NCBI GenBank assembly: GCA_004431415.1
Contig: QPMI01000469.1
Coordinates: forward strand, 186,001 to 250,000
Length of the DNA stretch: 64,000 nt
Direction of reading: 5' to 3'
From: Cyanophora paradoxa CCMP329
Taxonomy: Eukaryota; Plantae; Glaucophyta
The notes under the pieces were generated by a model that was not told the DNA's origin, did not search any database, and was given only the letters and a program-made list of their open reading frames with translations. Below, one piece after another: positions 51,093-62,283 of this stretch (positions are counted from its first letter, which is position 1; every line of letters begins with the position of its first letter). A program made the translations under genes and the position numbers.

Positions 51093-51347
51093 TACCGCCG
51101 GGCCGGTACTTAGTAGGGTCGACGTACGTCGTAAACGGACGCGTAAACGGACCTCGGAGCTCGAACCGGTCGTGCGCATGCGCTCATGATCATCAAGCGT
51201 GACGCTGCGTGAGTCAACTCGATCAGCCTGTACCCAACAAAGGGGTCGGAGCTTGTGAAGGGTACAGCGAGGTGCAAAAAAACAAAACAAGGCGGGAGCT
51301 GCAAATCCCTCGACGCGAGCCTCGCTGGCCTCGTACACAGCACGCTG

Positions 51348-52113
51348 ATGGCGGGAGAAGGTGCTCGATACCGCTGCGAAGCCCCGAGCCCTGGGGCGCT
51401 GACGCTCCTGCGCAGGGACGAGAATCGTGCGTCGCCACGAGCGCTGTGGTAGCTACGCTCCGCCGCGCTGATCATAGACCGCAGCTGTCCTCGCTGCCGC
51501 TGCAAATCCTCATCTACTTCAACATCTGGTACGCGTTCATATACTTCTGGCTCAATGTCGCCATCTTCATCTACAAAGGTGAGACACGCCCGCGCTGCGC
51601 CGCCGATGGGCGCTCAGCTGCGGGGCGGCAGGCACCTGGCTGCCCTACCCGCCCAACACGCTCGGGTGGGAGATCGCCTTCATCATCGTATACGCGGTCG
51701 TGGAAAGCTGCAGGTTGTTCTTGGGTGCGACGTCGGCCTCCCTGCCAGGCTGCGCGGCCCGCTGAGGGGCGGCGCAGGTTCAAAAGGGAACAAGACGGAG
51801 CAGGTCCCGCCGATGGTCTGGTTCCTCCTCATCTCCGCAGCGATCGCCTTCGGCAACATCTACTACATCTACCTCCAGATCTACGTGTACGCCGCGCCGA
51901 GCGCCGCTTCTCGCCGTGCGCGGCGCGCCGACCTCGGGCCCCGGCAGGCTCCGGGTGGACGTCGTCATCAACGCCATCCACCTCTTCTTCGTCGGCTCGG
52001 AGGTCATCTTCGCGATATTCACCACGCTGACCTTCCAGGTCCGCCCCGCCCGCCCCCGCCGCCCCCGCCCCTCTAACCCCGCCCCCTCCCAGCGCTACCG
52101 TCTCTTCGTATAG
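51348..52113 (+). CDS. TMEM216: Ciliary transition-zone membrane protein (Transmemb_17 family, TMEM216-like)
   Basis: LSSLPLQILIYFNIWY..IFIYK|GTWLPYP..WEIAFIIVYAVVESCRLFL|GSKGNKTE..YLQIYV|LRVDVVINAI. Confidence 0.88.
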
Positions 52114-52374
52114 CTGTAGGCCGCCTCCCCCGCCACCGCACCCCTCCTCGGTCCCGCATTTTATCCCCGAGCCCGCGGCCCGCTTCCTCGCCCCTCCTGC
52201 AGGTCGATGCCGCGCGCTCTCTCCCTGCGAGCTCGCCGCGCTCCCGGGGGCCCTCGCCCCGCACCCGTCCCCGCGCCCCTCGCCCCCGGCCGCCCCGTCC
52301 ACGATCGCTCTCTGTTCCATAGGAGCGCACGTAAGAGGGCCTTGGCGAGGCGGGCGGGGGCGGGGGCCGCGGCG

Positions 52375-54392
52375 CTACTTGGCGGGGGCGAGGCTGGGGC
52401 TCGCGTGCTCGCCGGTCGTGCAGCCGGGCGCCTCGAGGCTCGGGCACTTCTTCTTGCACGCCAGCGGCTTCCCCTTCGTGCCCCCCGTCGTCGGGTGGTA
52501 CCGGCACACCCCCGGCGCGAGCTTGTCGAAGTACTGCCCCCGCGTCAATCGCAACCGCCGCGCGGGGGCGGGGGCGGCCCCGCGGGGTCTCCGGGGGCGG
52601 ACCTGCCCGCAGCCGGCGTTGGTGCAGAGGTAGGCGGGGCGGGCGATCTGGCGGGGCGGGGCGGTGGTGGGTGTGCGGGCGGGGCGGGGAGGAGGGGGGA
52701 GGAGGGGGCGGCGCACGAGGATGCGCTGGCCGACCTGGAGGAGTATGCCGTTCCCGTCGCTCGAGTGCGGCAGCACCTCCGCGAACGCCGGCATGCACCC
52801 CGCGCTCCCGCACCCCGCCCCCTGCACCCGCCCCTCGTTGCCGCCCCGCAGCTCCCGGATCGGCAGCACGACGCCCCGCCCCGCCGTGCGCGGCGTCAGG
52901 GCCCCCTCGGGGGCGCCCGCCGGCGACCGCGGCGCCGTCGGGCTCGTCGTGCCTGCGCCCCGCGACGGCTCGCGGCGGCGGCGGCCGGGAGGGGCCGGGG
53001 CGGCGGGGTGCTCGGGTGGAGGGGAGGGGGCGGAGAGGGCGCGGGAGGGCCCCGCGGGGAGGCGGGGCGTCGCAGAGGCGGGCGGCGAGGCGGGCGGAGT
53101 GGTGGGGGCAGGCGCATCTCGGACGTGAGGAAGTCGGGAGGCGGGGCGGGCATGGCGGCGAGGTCGGCGAGGCGGACGTCGGCGGCGGCGAAGGCGGCCG
53201 CGTGGCCCTCCAGCCCGCCTCCTCCAGCACCCGCAGCAGCGCCCCTCGCACCCGGCCCCGCCCGCGGCGTCTGCCGCGCCGGCGAGGCCACCCGGCGCCC
53301 CGGCGAGGGCCCCGCCGGCAGAAGCCCGTTGCCCACGGAGGAGAGCAGTCTGAGGATCTCCTCCTCGCCCCCGCCGGCCGCGCCGCCGGGGCCGGGCGGG
53401 GGCGGGGCCGCCGAAGCCGCGAAGATGCTCTGGAAGACGCCGACCTCGCCGGCCTTGGCCTGCTCCTGCACCCGCAGCAGCACCGACGGCAGCGGCGGCG
53501 GCCTCACCACCGGCCCCCGCCCCCCGCCGACGGCCCGCCGCCGCCGGCGCTGGCGTGGGGTGGCGGGAGGGGAGGGCCGGGCGGGGGCGGCGGCTTGGGG
53601 CGGGTGGGCGAGGGGGCCGGCTCGGGGGCGCCGTGGCTGCAGGCGCCGGCGGCGTGGCCGTGGGCGCCGGCGACTTGCTCGAGGGTGAGGACGGAGAGGT
53701 CGAGGGTGAGGCCGGCGACGGCCGCCGAGAGCTTCTTGTCGATCCGCATGAACCGCTCCGCGTACTTGCCCGCCTGCAGGATCCGCATCACGCCGCTGAA
53801 GAAACTCGCCGTCGCGTAGTCCTCGATCAGGGACACCTGGCGGGTAGCGACCAGAAATGATCAGACGGTGAGTCTGGGGTCGAGATACGACACACCCCGT
53901 CCGCAATCAGGCCCTCAAGATCCTTCAGCGCTTTGCTTGAATACCTGTGGGGGGTGGGCCTCAGCGCTTTGTACCCGCAGAGCTCAGAGACGCCGCTGAG
54001 GGGGCGGGGGCCTCTGAGACGCCGGCGCGGGGCGGCGCGGGCGGCGGCGCACGTGAACGTGCTCCTGCTGTTCGTGGACGCCGCATAAATGCGCTCCAGC
54101 GTCTCCTGCAGGCTTTGGAAGCGCGCCGCGAGGTAGCCGAAGTCCTGCGACGAAATCAGCGCAGCAGGACAGCACGTGTACAGTCTGGGCAGCGACAGCA
54201 GGTAGGTTTTGCCTGTGGCCTATAGTATACCACACATACCTCCTGGTTCTCCGTGGCTGTCCCTGCTTGCTCCACGACCCACTTCACACCTGCCAACGCG
54301 TTCAGGGGCTCGGCCGCGGGCGGGGTTGCAGGCGACGCCCGTGCACCTGTGATCACATGGCCCAAGGACGCTTTCGCGTCCTCCCACACCAT
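52375..54392 (-). CDS. MLKL-like N-terminal four-helix bundle + SAM-like + CHORD-like zinc-binding domain protein
   Basis: Spliced N-terminus MVWEDAKASLGHVITGVKWVVEQAGTATENQEDFGYLAARFQSLQETLERI..ALKDLEGLIADGVSLIEDY..RILQAGKYAERFMRIDKKLSAAVAGLTLDLSV. SAM-like LLRVLEEAGLEGHAAAFAAADVRLADLAAM..FLTSEMRL needs one extra G near 53214. C-terminal CTNAGCGQ|YFDKLAPGVCRYHP..CKKKC..PGCTTGEH. Confidence 0.7.
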
Positions 54393-54682
54393 CGCCGATG
54401 CAGCGTCGACCCCCCTTCAAACTGAGCAGCAGCGCCCGGCGATGAAACGCCCACGAAGCAGTTTCCAGTTCAGTTACGTCAGATGAGGCCAGACCGCGTC
54501 GACCAGTCGGACTATCTAGCTGCGCTCTCCCTTTGCCGCCGCGCTTGCCAGAGCTTCGCGGGAGAGCGGCTCAAGTTCTGCCGTTCGAGGGGGGTAGAGA
54601 AGACAACCGGTCGGCCACCCAGTTGCAGCTGCGGACGTTAGACTGCTCGATCACTCGACAAGTGCGAGCAGCCGCTGAGCAG

Positions 54683-56431
54683 ATGGCGTTCGCAGCGCCC
54701 TTGGCAACACGTGCGAGCAGCTGCAGCGAGCAGCAGAATGCAGGCTCATGCGGCTTCAAAGGAGCGGCGAGCGCCATCATCTGTGCAAGCGCGGTCGCCG
54801 CACAGCGCTGCAGCTGCTCAGTCGCAAGACCACGCGCGCCGCGGCTGACATGCACCTTCTTGGTTCGGCGCCGGTGGCTCGCAGCGTCGCAACGTGTCGT
54901 ACCAGCTCCGCTAGTCGCGGGCTCCAGGCCGCTCGCGCTGGCCGACGGGAGCGGCGGCGGCGGCGGCGGCGGCGGCGAAGTCGACGGCCTCTGGGAAGAG
55001 CTCGAAAGCGGCGCGGGCGTCGACGCGTGGAGCGAGGAGGAGCTCGAGGGCTACGCGGGGGCGGAGGACGCTCCGGGCCGCGCGCGCGCGGCGGCGGCGG
55101 CGAAGGTCGCGGCGCACGCGCACGAGAGCGAGGAGGAGCGGAGGACGCGGCTGCTCATCGAACGCGTTCGAGGTGCGCCATCGCCCCGCGGCCCCAGCTC
55201 TGCATGCGAGAGCGGCAAAGCTGACTCGTCTCCCAGCGGAGGCGACCCCGGCGGCGGCTGTGCTGCCGCCGGCGCCGGCCGCGGCGCGGCGGGGCCGGCG
55301 GCGGGGCAGCGGGGAAGGCGGCGGGGCGGGGCGGGGCAACCGGGTGCTGTCGCGGGAGAAGCTGTTGCGGGGGATGACGGGCGGGGAGGAGGAGCGGGAG
55401 GCGGTGGCGCGGGGGATTGACCTCGCGGACCGCGCGCTGGCGACGTGGAGCACGCAGCTCTCCGACTTCCTCTCCCCCTCCGAGGCCGCCGCCGTGCAGC
55501 GCACCCTCGCGCCCCTCGCCGGCCTGCAGCTGCTCCCCTGGGGCGGCTACCCCCTCGCCGAGCGCTGCCGCCTCGCCTTCGCCCGCGCCGACGCCGCGCC
55601 CCTCGAGGCCGCCGACGTGCGCGCCCCGCCCCCGGCCCCGGCCGCTCCCGGTGGCAGATCTGGAGGGGGGTCTCGGGGCAGGTGCCGGTGGCGCTGGTGA
55701 ACGTGTCGGGCAACTTCCTGTTCGACGCGGCCGGCCACGGCGACTTCCTCGGGGCCGCCCTCGGCGCCACCGGCCTCTCCCGCGCCAAGATCGGTGCGCC
55801 GGCCCCGCCGCGGGGGCGGGGCCACGGGGCCTCACGGGGTGGCAGGGGACGTGGTGGTGCAGGGGGAGGCGGGGGCGCAGCTCCTCTGCCACCCCGACGT
55901 CGCCCACGTCCTCGAGGCCTCCCTCACCCAGGCCCGCCCCCGCCCCGCCCCCGCCCCCCCCCGCCGCGCTCGAGGCGGCGGGGGCAGGTGAGGACGGTCC
56001 CGGTGCGGACGACGAGGGCCGAGCTCTCGGAGCTGCGCCAGCGGGAGGTCACCTGCAAGGCGCGGCGCCCGCCCCGCCGCGCAGCGGCGCGGGGGCGAGG
56101 CGGGGCGCGGGGCGCAGGAGGTGCAGACCGTGGAGGCCTCCCTCCGCCTCGACGCAGTCGCATCCGCCGGCTTCCGCCTCTCCCGCTCCAAGATGGCCGG
56201 CCCGCCCGCCCCCGCCCTCGTCCCCGCGCGGGGCGTGAGGCGGGGGCGGGCGGGGCAGGCCTGATCTCGTCGGGGGAGGTGAAGGTGAACTGGGCGGCCG
56301 TCAGCAAGGAGAGCAAGGAGGTCAAGGCGGGGGACACGATCGCCCTGCGCGGGCGCGGCCGGCTCGAGGTGCTCGCCGTCGCCCCCACCAAGAGCGGCAG
56401 GTTCCGAGTCCACCTCCGCCTCCTCAAGTGA
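54683..56431 (+). CDS. Photosystem II S4-domain protein (Sll1252/YlmH family), plastid-targeted
   Basis: Transit peptide MAFAAPLATRASS..; SDFLSP..WGGYPLAERCRL..GNFLFDAAGHGDFLGA..KIGDVVVQGE..EASLRLDAVASAGFRLSRSKM..VKVNW..VKAGDTIALRGRGRLEV. Confidence 0.9.
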
Positions 56432-56792
56432 CCCCCGCCCCCGCCCCCTCCGCGCCGCCCCCGCACGCCCCCCGGGGCCCCGTTGGACGCCGCCCGTCCC
56501 CGTGCAGCCCGCCGCCCCCGGCCCCCGCCCGCCCGCGGCCCTGGCGAGCACTCGTGAGCTTTGGTTCTCTTCTGTATTCGCAACAGATATCCTTCAAAGA
56601 AAAGGATGGAAAGCAAGAGAATAAGGAATAATACCAGATCCAGATACAGACCAGCTCGATCGAGCTGCATTCTTAATATAACATCCTCCGCGGGAGGATG
56701 CAAAAGAGCTAGGGCTCCAATAAGTACCAATAAGTACAGGGGGCGATCAATAGGGTGTGGGTTGTTTAGTTTGTGTAGCGGGGCGGGGGCGG

Positions 56793-58104
56793 TCAGCGGG
56801 GGGAGGGTGCGGGTGCCGGGGAGGCGGAGGGCGTGCGGGAGAGGGATGGGAGGAGGCGGGTGGTGTCGAGGTCGCGGCCCTTGGCGCGCGCGTCGATCAC
56901 GAGGTCCCGCACCCCCGCCACCGCCAGCGGCGACACCGCCCCGCCCCGCCCCGGCCCCTCCGACCACCCCTCCTCCCCGCCCGCCGGCAGCGGCGAGCCC
57001 TCCCCGCGCGCCGCCCCGGGCGCGAGGCGCTGCCACTCGGCGAGGGCGACGGGGAGCGCGGGGCGATCTTGCCGGAGGGGGCGGGGAGGGCGGCCGAGGC
57101 GGAGGAGCGGCGGGAGCTGAGCGAGGAGGCCGCCGCCGAGGAGGAGACGGTGCGGGCGGTGCCCGCCGCGGTGGCGCTCGAGGCCGACGAGGCGGTCGAG
57201 CGCGCCGTGCTCGGCTCGCTCACCGACGCCGCCCGCGGCCGCAGCGCCCGCTCCCGCTGCTCCCGCTGCTCCTCCTTGATCTGGAAGACCATCGCCTGCG
57301 CCCCGCCGCCACCCGTCGGCCCGGCGCAGGCGGCGGCGGAGGGGCCGGGGGCGGGAGGCGCGCACGCGGTAGTGCTTGTCGAGGGGGTGCTCCCACTGGG
57401 AGACGTCGGTCTCCTCGTTGTAGAAGTAGATGCGGCCGGCGGCGTCCTCCATCTCGGCCCAGGGGGCCGGCAGCGGGGCGAAGTAGGCCTCCTCCGCGAT
57501 GTAGAGCAGGTGCGGCTCCCCCGCCTCGTCGATCCCCAGCGCCCGCGCGAACTCCAGCACCCCCTGCCGCCCCGCCTCGCACCCGCCCAGCCGCGCCGGG
57601 GCGGGGGCGGGGGCCGGCGGCGCACCTCGTCGTAGTCGGCGGCGAGGCGCTCGACGTGCGTGGCCGGGGCGGCGTGCCCGGGCGCCTCGACGGGCCGCTC
57701 CTTCGAGGGCGAGAAGTGGCCCCGCCCCGAGGCCCCCGTCCAGTTCGCGGCGAGCAGCGGCGACCGCGTCGCCTCCTTCGAGATCAGGAGGCTCTCCGGG
57801 GCGGGGGCCCCCAGCGAGTGGCTCGCCGGCTTCAGCGCGCGCGGGTCCGTCGGGCCTCTCCGGTGCCGCACGGTGAGCGCGTGGCCCCTCGGCACGGCCT
57901 CGCGCCCGCCCTCCGCCTCCTCCACCTCCTCCAGCGTGTGGAACTCTTGCTCCGGCTCCAACGCCAGCCCGCCCCCGCTCTCCAGCGAGTAGCTTTCCCG
58001 CAAATCCTGCCCCCGGCATCGCTCCCCATCAGCTCCCTGCCGCCCATCTCGTTCGAGATCCGGCGGCTGACCTTGGGGGGCCTTGCTCCGAACAGCTTCT
58101 TCAT
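56793..58104 (-). CDS. CEP164-N-terminal-like WW-domain protein, paralogue 2 (3' end uncertain)
   Basis: VERLAADYDE|GVLEFARALGIDEAGEPHLLYIAEEAYFAPLPAPWAEMEDAAGRIYFYNEETDVSQWEHPLDKHYR|AMVFQIKEE. Confidence 0.8.
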
Positions 58105-59002
58105 TGTGCCGCTCCCCTTCCTTTTCTCGGCGAATGCAACGGTCTAAGGCACGATCCGTGTCACAAATGCAGCAGTCGCTGCTGGGAAGGACGAGAAGGC
58201 CGGCACCTTGCAGAGAGTCTAAAAGAGGCGAGAGCCCTGCGCATCCACAAATCAGCACAGTTGGGCATGATCGGGGTTGCACAGAAGGAAGGAATGGAAA
58301 AGTCAGCTAAACCGGGGAAAGATGCGCTGATCGGGACACTTCGCGTAGTAGCTAGTTCCGGGCTTCAACACGCACAGGCGCTAGTCACAGGAGCTAAACC
58401 TAATCAGTCTCACCTTATCAGCCCGAATGCGTGCACACGCCGCTAACTGCCACACGCCAGCTGGCACTTGAAGGCGACCAACGCGCAGCAAGAAGTAGCT
58501 ATTTAGCTGACCGAAGTCGTACTGCTCGAAAGATGCAATTGCAATGGCTAGAAAGTAGGACAGTGCCGCCGGTCAGGTTCTTTTTCGGAAACCCGGGTAC
58601 GGCGGCTACAAGGGGGGGGGGGGGGTCGAAGAGGACTGTTCGCCACGCGATACGTAGGTGTACGATGTGGCGCGCGGGTTCAAAAAACGGTTCGGCGCCG
58701 CTTCTCGATCAGTCTCGATCTGTATACGTATACGTATACGTACTGCGGCAGCTACGTTTACAGCCTGGCAGCATGCAACATGATCATGACCCATCATGAC
58801 TTCTCGATCAGTGATCAGCTGCGCGCATGATCATGAGGCAGTGCTTAATGACTCACTGAATCAGAAAGTGAACCAGGGCCTGGGCCACTGCGGCAATGCC
58901 GGACACAGACACGCCCCAGCGGGTGCAGGCATAGAGGTGCTCGGAATCGACTAAGAGCACTGGAAGCATTGGAAAGGAGGGGCGGGCCTCGGGGGCCTGT
59001 AG

Positions 59003-60300
59003 CTAGGGGCTGGACTCGCTGTGCGGGCCCGGGCCCGGGGGCCGCTGGGAGGGGGGCCGGATGGAGTCGAGGAGCTCGCCGAGGTTCTTCGTGCTCTGCG
59101 ACATCGAGGTGAGCTGCTGGAGCATCTCCCGCAGCTCCTCCTGCGTCATCCCCTGCCCCCGCCCGTGAGCTTTGAAAGGGGGCGGGGGCGCGGGGGCCGG
59201 CGCGCCCGCGTGGAGACGGTCTCGGAGAGCTCGTCGCGGCTCCAGACCTCGGCCCTGGCGGGGCTCTTGGGGCTCGCCCCCTCCCCGCGCCCCGCCCCCA
59301 TGCCCGCCCCGCCGCCCGTCGCCACGGCCTTCACCGGCGGCAGGGGCGGCGCCCTCGGCGGCTGCAGGGACGCCGGCTTTGTCGGCGCCTTGGGGCCCGT
59401 CGGCGGGCGCTTCTTTATCGCCGCCTCGGCCTTCAGCTGCGCGAGGCTCAGCGCGGCCCCCGCCCCCGCCCGCGCGGCGCCGCGCGGGGCGGCCAGGGCG
59501 CGCCTTGAAGACGAAGGCGCGGTAGTGCTTGTCGCGGGGGTGCTCCTGCGCGGCGCCCGTCGCCCTCGGGGGGAGCGCCTTCTCGAGGCGGCCCCCAGCG
59601 GCGCGCACCCACTGGCTGACATCCGTCTGGTCGTTGTAGAAGTAGATGCGCCCGTGCCCGTCGTCGATCTGCCGCCACGGCGCCGGCAGCGGGGCGTCGT
59701 AGCTGCGGGGAGAGGCTACCGTGAGCACGGGCCTGGGCCAGGCGGGCTGCCGCCTGCGCACGCTTCCTCCGCCACGGGGAGGAGGTACGGCTCGCGGTCC
59801 GGGTCTGGCGGGCGCGTCGAACACGGGCGGCGGGGCGGCGGCGACGGGGGGCCGCACCGATGCCGAGGTGCAGCGCGAAGTCGAGGACCTCGTCGTCGTA
59901 GTCGTCGACCGATCGCTGCGGGCCCATGTACAGGACCTTCCCCCGCGCAGTAGCTTAGCTACATGGACGCTCTGACTCAATGAAACGAATTCGAATTGTT
60001 ACCTCCTCCACGTTCGACACCACCGCTGGCTCCGGCGACGGCTCCCGGCTGCTGGCGACCGCCGGCTGTTTCGTCCAGTTCCCCGCTAGAAACGACGTGC
60101 TCGGCCGCCTCGTCCCTCGCTGCGCGGTGCGCGGCGGGCGCATGCTCCTGCACAGCTGTTAGCACAGCTCGCTGCATCGGGCCCGATCATCGCCCGCACC
60201 GTGTCGTTGCAGGGGGCGGTTCATCGGTGGGAGCGGGCGAGCGAGGTATCGGCGCGACGTCCGTGTTCGATCGTACCAGAGGAACATCGGGCTTCGGCAT
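59003..60300 (-). CDS. CEP164-N-terminal-like WW-domain protein, paralogue 3
   Basis: DDYDDEVLDFALHLGI|DPDREPYLLPVAEEA|YDAPLPAPWRQIDDGHGRIYFYNDQTDVSQW|EHPRDKHYRAFVFK. Confidence 0.8.
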
Positions 60301-60820
60301 CTCTCACGTCGCCAGGATCAAGAGCGCTGTGCGTAAAGCTCTGACCGGCCCTGGACTCGGGCCCGCTCAGCTGGACCGTCGGCTGCCGCCTGTAGCTAGG
60401 TGGCGACCCAAGGACCTCCGCCCTCCGCCGCCCCCGCCCGCCCGCTGCACTGCGGCTGCACTGCGTCTGCAGTCGATCAAACCTCTCGAGGATCAGTCGG
60501 AGCCGCGACGATGAAGGCTTGAAGGGGTAGAGAGTTTCTCGAACCTCTAGCCTTGCCCCGGCCCTGCAGCGTGCACAACTGATTGACGCTACATTTCGGC
60601 TTAACGGCGACGTTACTGACCAGCAGCGTCCGCCAGCAGCGTCCGAACCGTCCGTCAGTGTCCCAAAGAGCTGGCGCCAGATTCTGCTGTTTGAAACATA
60701 TCAGCACAGATAGCTTGCACCCCGAATGAGCTAGGTTCAGCAGCAAACCAGCAGCCCGATCGGCACCTTCAGGCACATTTGATTTGAGACAATTCCGGAC
60801 AAGCGGGCCAAGGAGCAAGG

Positions 60821-62079
60821 ATGAGGTCATTAGGGACACGGCGTTCAAAGGACTTCCACGGAATTGCTCTGGTGTCTCCTATAGTCCCGAATGCGACACA
60901 GGAACTGCCAGCTCGAGCGATTCGGAGGCGTGCAGAAGTGAGGAGCCCCAGCGCAGCGCCGACGCTCGTGTTTGGAGCATCCAGACCGCCGGACGATGGT
61001 GTCCCCGCGGATTCGGTTGAGCAGATCGACTCTTGGTTCGCCGACGAGGTGCTGAGCCGTCATTCCTCGATCTGCTCTGTCGCCGCCCGCAACTCACATC
61101 TGCGACTCATGCAGGAGATGATGGAGTTCGCGAGGCACTTGGGCATCGGTGCGCGGCGCGCACTGCGGCTCCTCGCGCAGGCGCCAGTCCGCTGCGTGCT
61201 CTGACCGGGGAGGCGGGGGCGGGGGCAGACCCAGAGACGGAGGGCCACCTGATGCATCTGGCGCTGGAGGCCTGGGAGGCCCCTGTGCCCGAGCCCTGGC
61301 TCGAGGTGCGCCCCGGCCCGCCCCGGCCCCTGCGCCGACGCCTCCACCCACACGCCGCCTCCGCGCGCCAGATCGACGACGGGCAGGGGCGCATCTACTT
61401 CTACAACGAGGAGACCGACGTGAGCCAGTGGGAGCACCCGCTCGGTGCGCCCGGCAGCTCGCCCTGTCACTCCCTGCCACCCGCACGATCGCCGCTGCCC
61501 TGCGTCCCTCGCGGCGGCGCCTGGGCCGACGGGGCGGCGCAGACAAGCACTACGCGGCGATGGTGGCGCGTATGAAGGAGGAGGGGGCGGCGCAGCGCGT
61601 GCGGGCGCGGCGACGGGGCAGCACCGCGTGGGCCGACGACAGCCTCGCTCCCCGCGAGGAGGTCTCGCCCCCCGAGCGGCCGGCGCCCGCCCACCCCGCC
61701 TCCTTCTGCGCCGGGCCCGAGTCCTTCTCCCCCTCGGGCGTGCGCCACTTCGCGCCGCGCGCGCCGCGCCGCTGGGGCGCCTCTGACGGGGCGGGCGCAG
61801 GCGTGGTCGCCGCTGCCGACGTCGCCGTCGGTGGCGGGGTGGACGGTGGAGTCGGAGGGGAGCGGCCTGGCGGCGACCCCGTGCCCGACCCTCTCCTCCG
61901 CCTCCCGCTCCTCGACGCCCTCGCTGCCCTCGCGGCGCGCCAGCAGCCGGTGCCCCTCGCCCAGCCCCGTCTCCTCGCTGGCCCAGCGGATCGCCGCGCT
62001 GGGGGCCCTCGACGCCCGCCGCTCCGCCTCCTTCGCCGGCCCCTCTCTCACCTTCACAGAACTCGCCCTCCCCCAGTGA
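60821..62079 (+). CDS. CEP164-N-terminal-like WW-domain protein, paralogue 4
   Basis: WFADE|EMMEFARHLGI|DPETEGHLMHLALEAWEAPVPEPWLE|IDDGQGRIYFYNEETDVSQWEHPL|DKHYAAMV. Confidence 0.8.
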
Positions 62080-62283
62080 CCCCGCCCCCTCCCCCCCAAC
62101 GGCCAACGCCGCAACTTTGGCCCCCTTTTTCAGTCCGCAGCTGCAGTTGCCCATGCACGTGCATAATGTTTCAATGAACAGCAGACTAGCTCAGTGAAAC
62201 CCATTGCGAAATAAACACCCCTCGAGCGGAGGCCGCTATCGCTGCGCCGTCGCCCCTGTTGCACTCTGGATAGCCCTAATGTG

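Noticed and set aside
55924-57036. Membrane protein suggested by hydrophobic stretches (LYLLVLIGALALL, LVLFLILLLSILFF) in a minus-strand ORF
   Set aside because: The stretches come from translating the AT-rich island, and the ORF overlaps the S4 gene antisense with no splice or codon support.
58560-58710. Possible MITE around a G-run, with degenerate inverted ends (GTTCTTTTTCGGAAACCCG / CGGGTTCAAAAAACGG)
   Set aside because: The inverted match is weak and no TSD was found.
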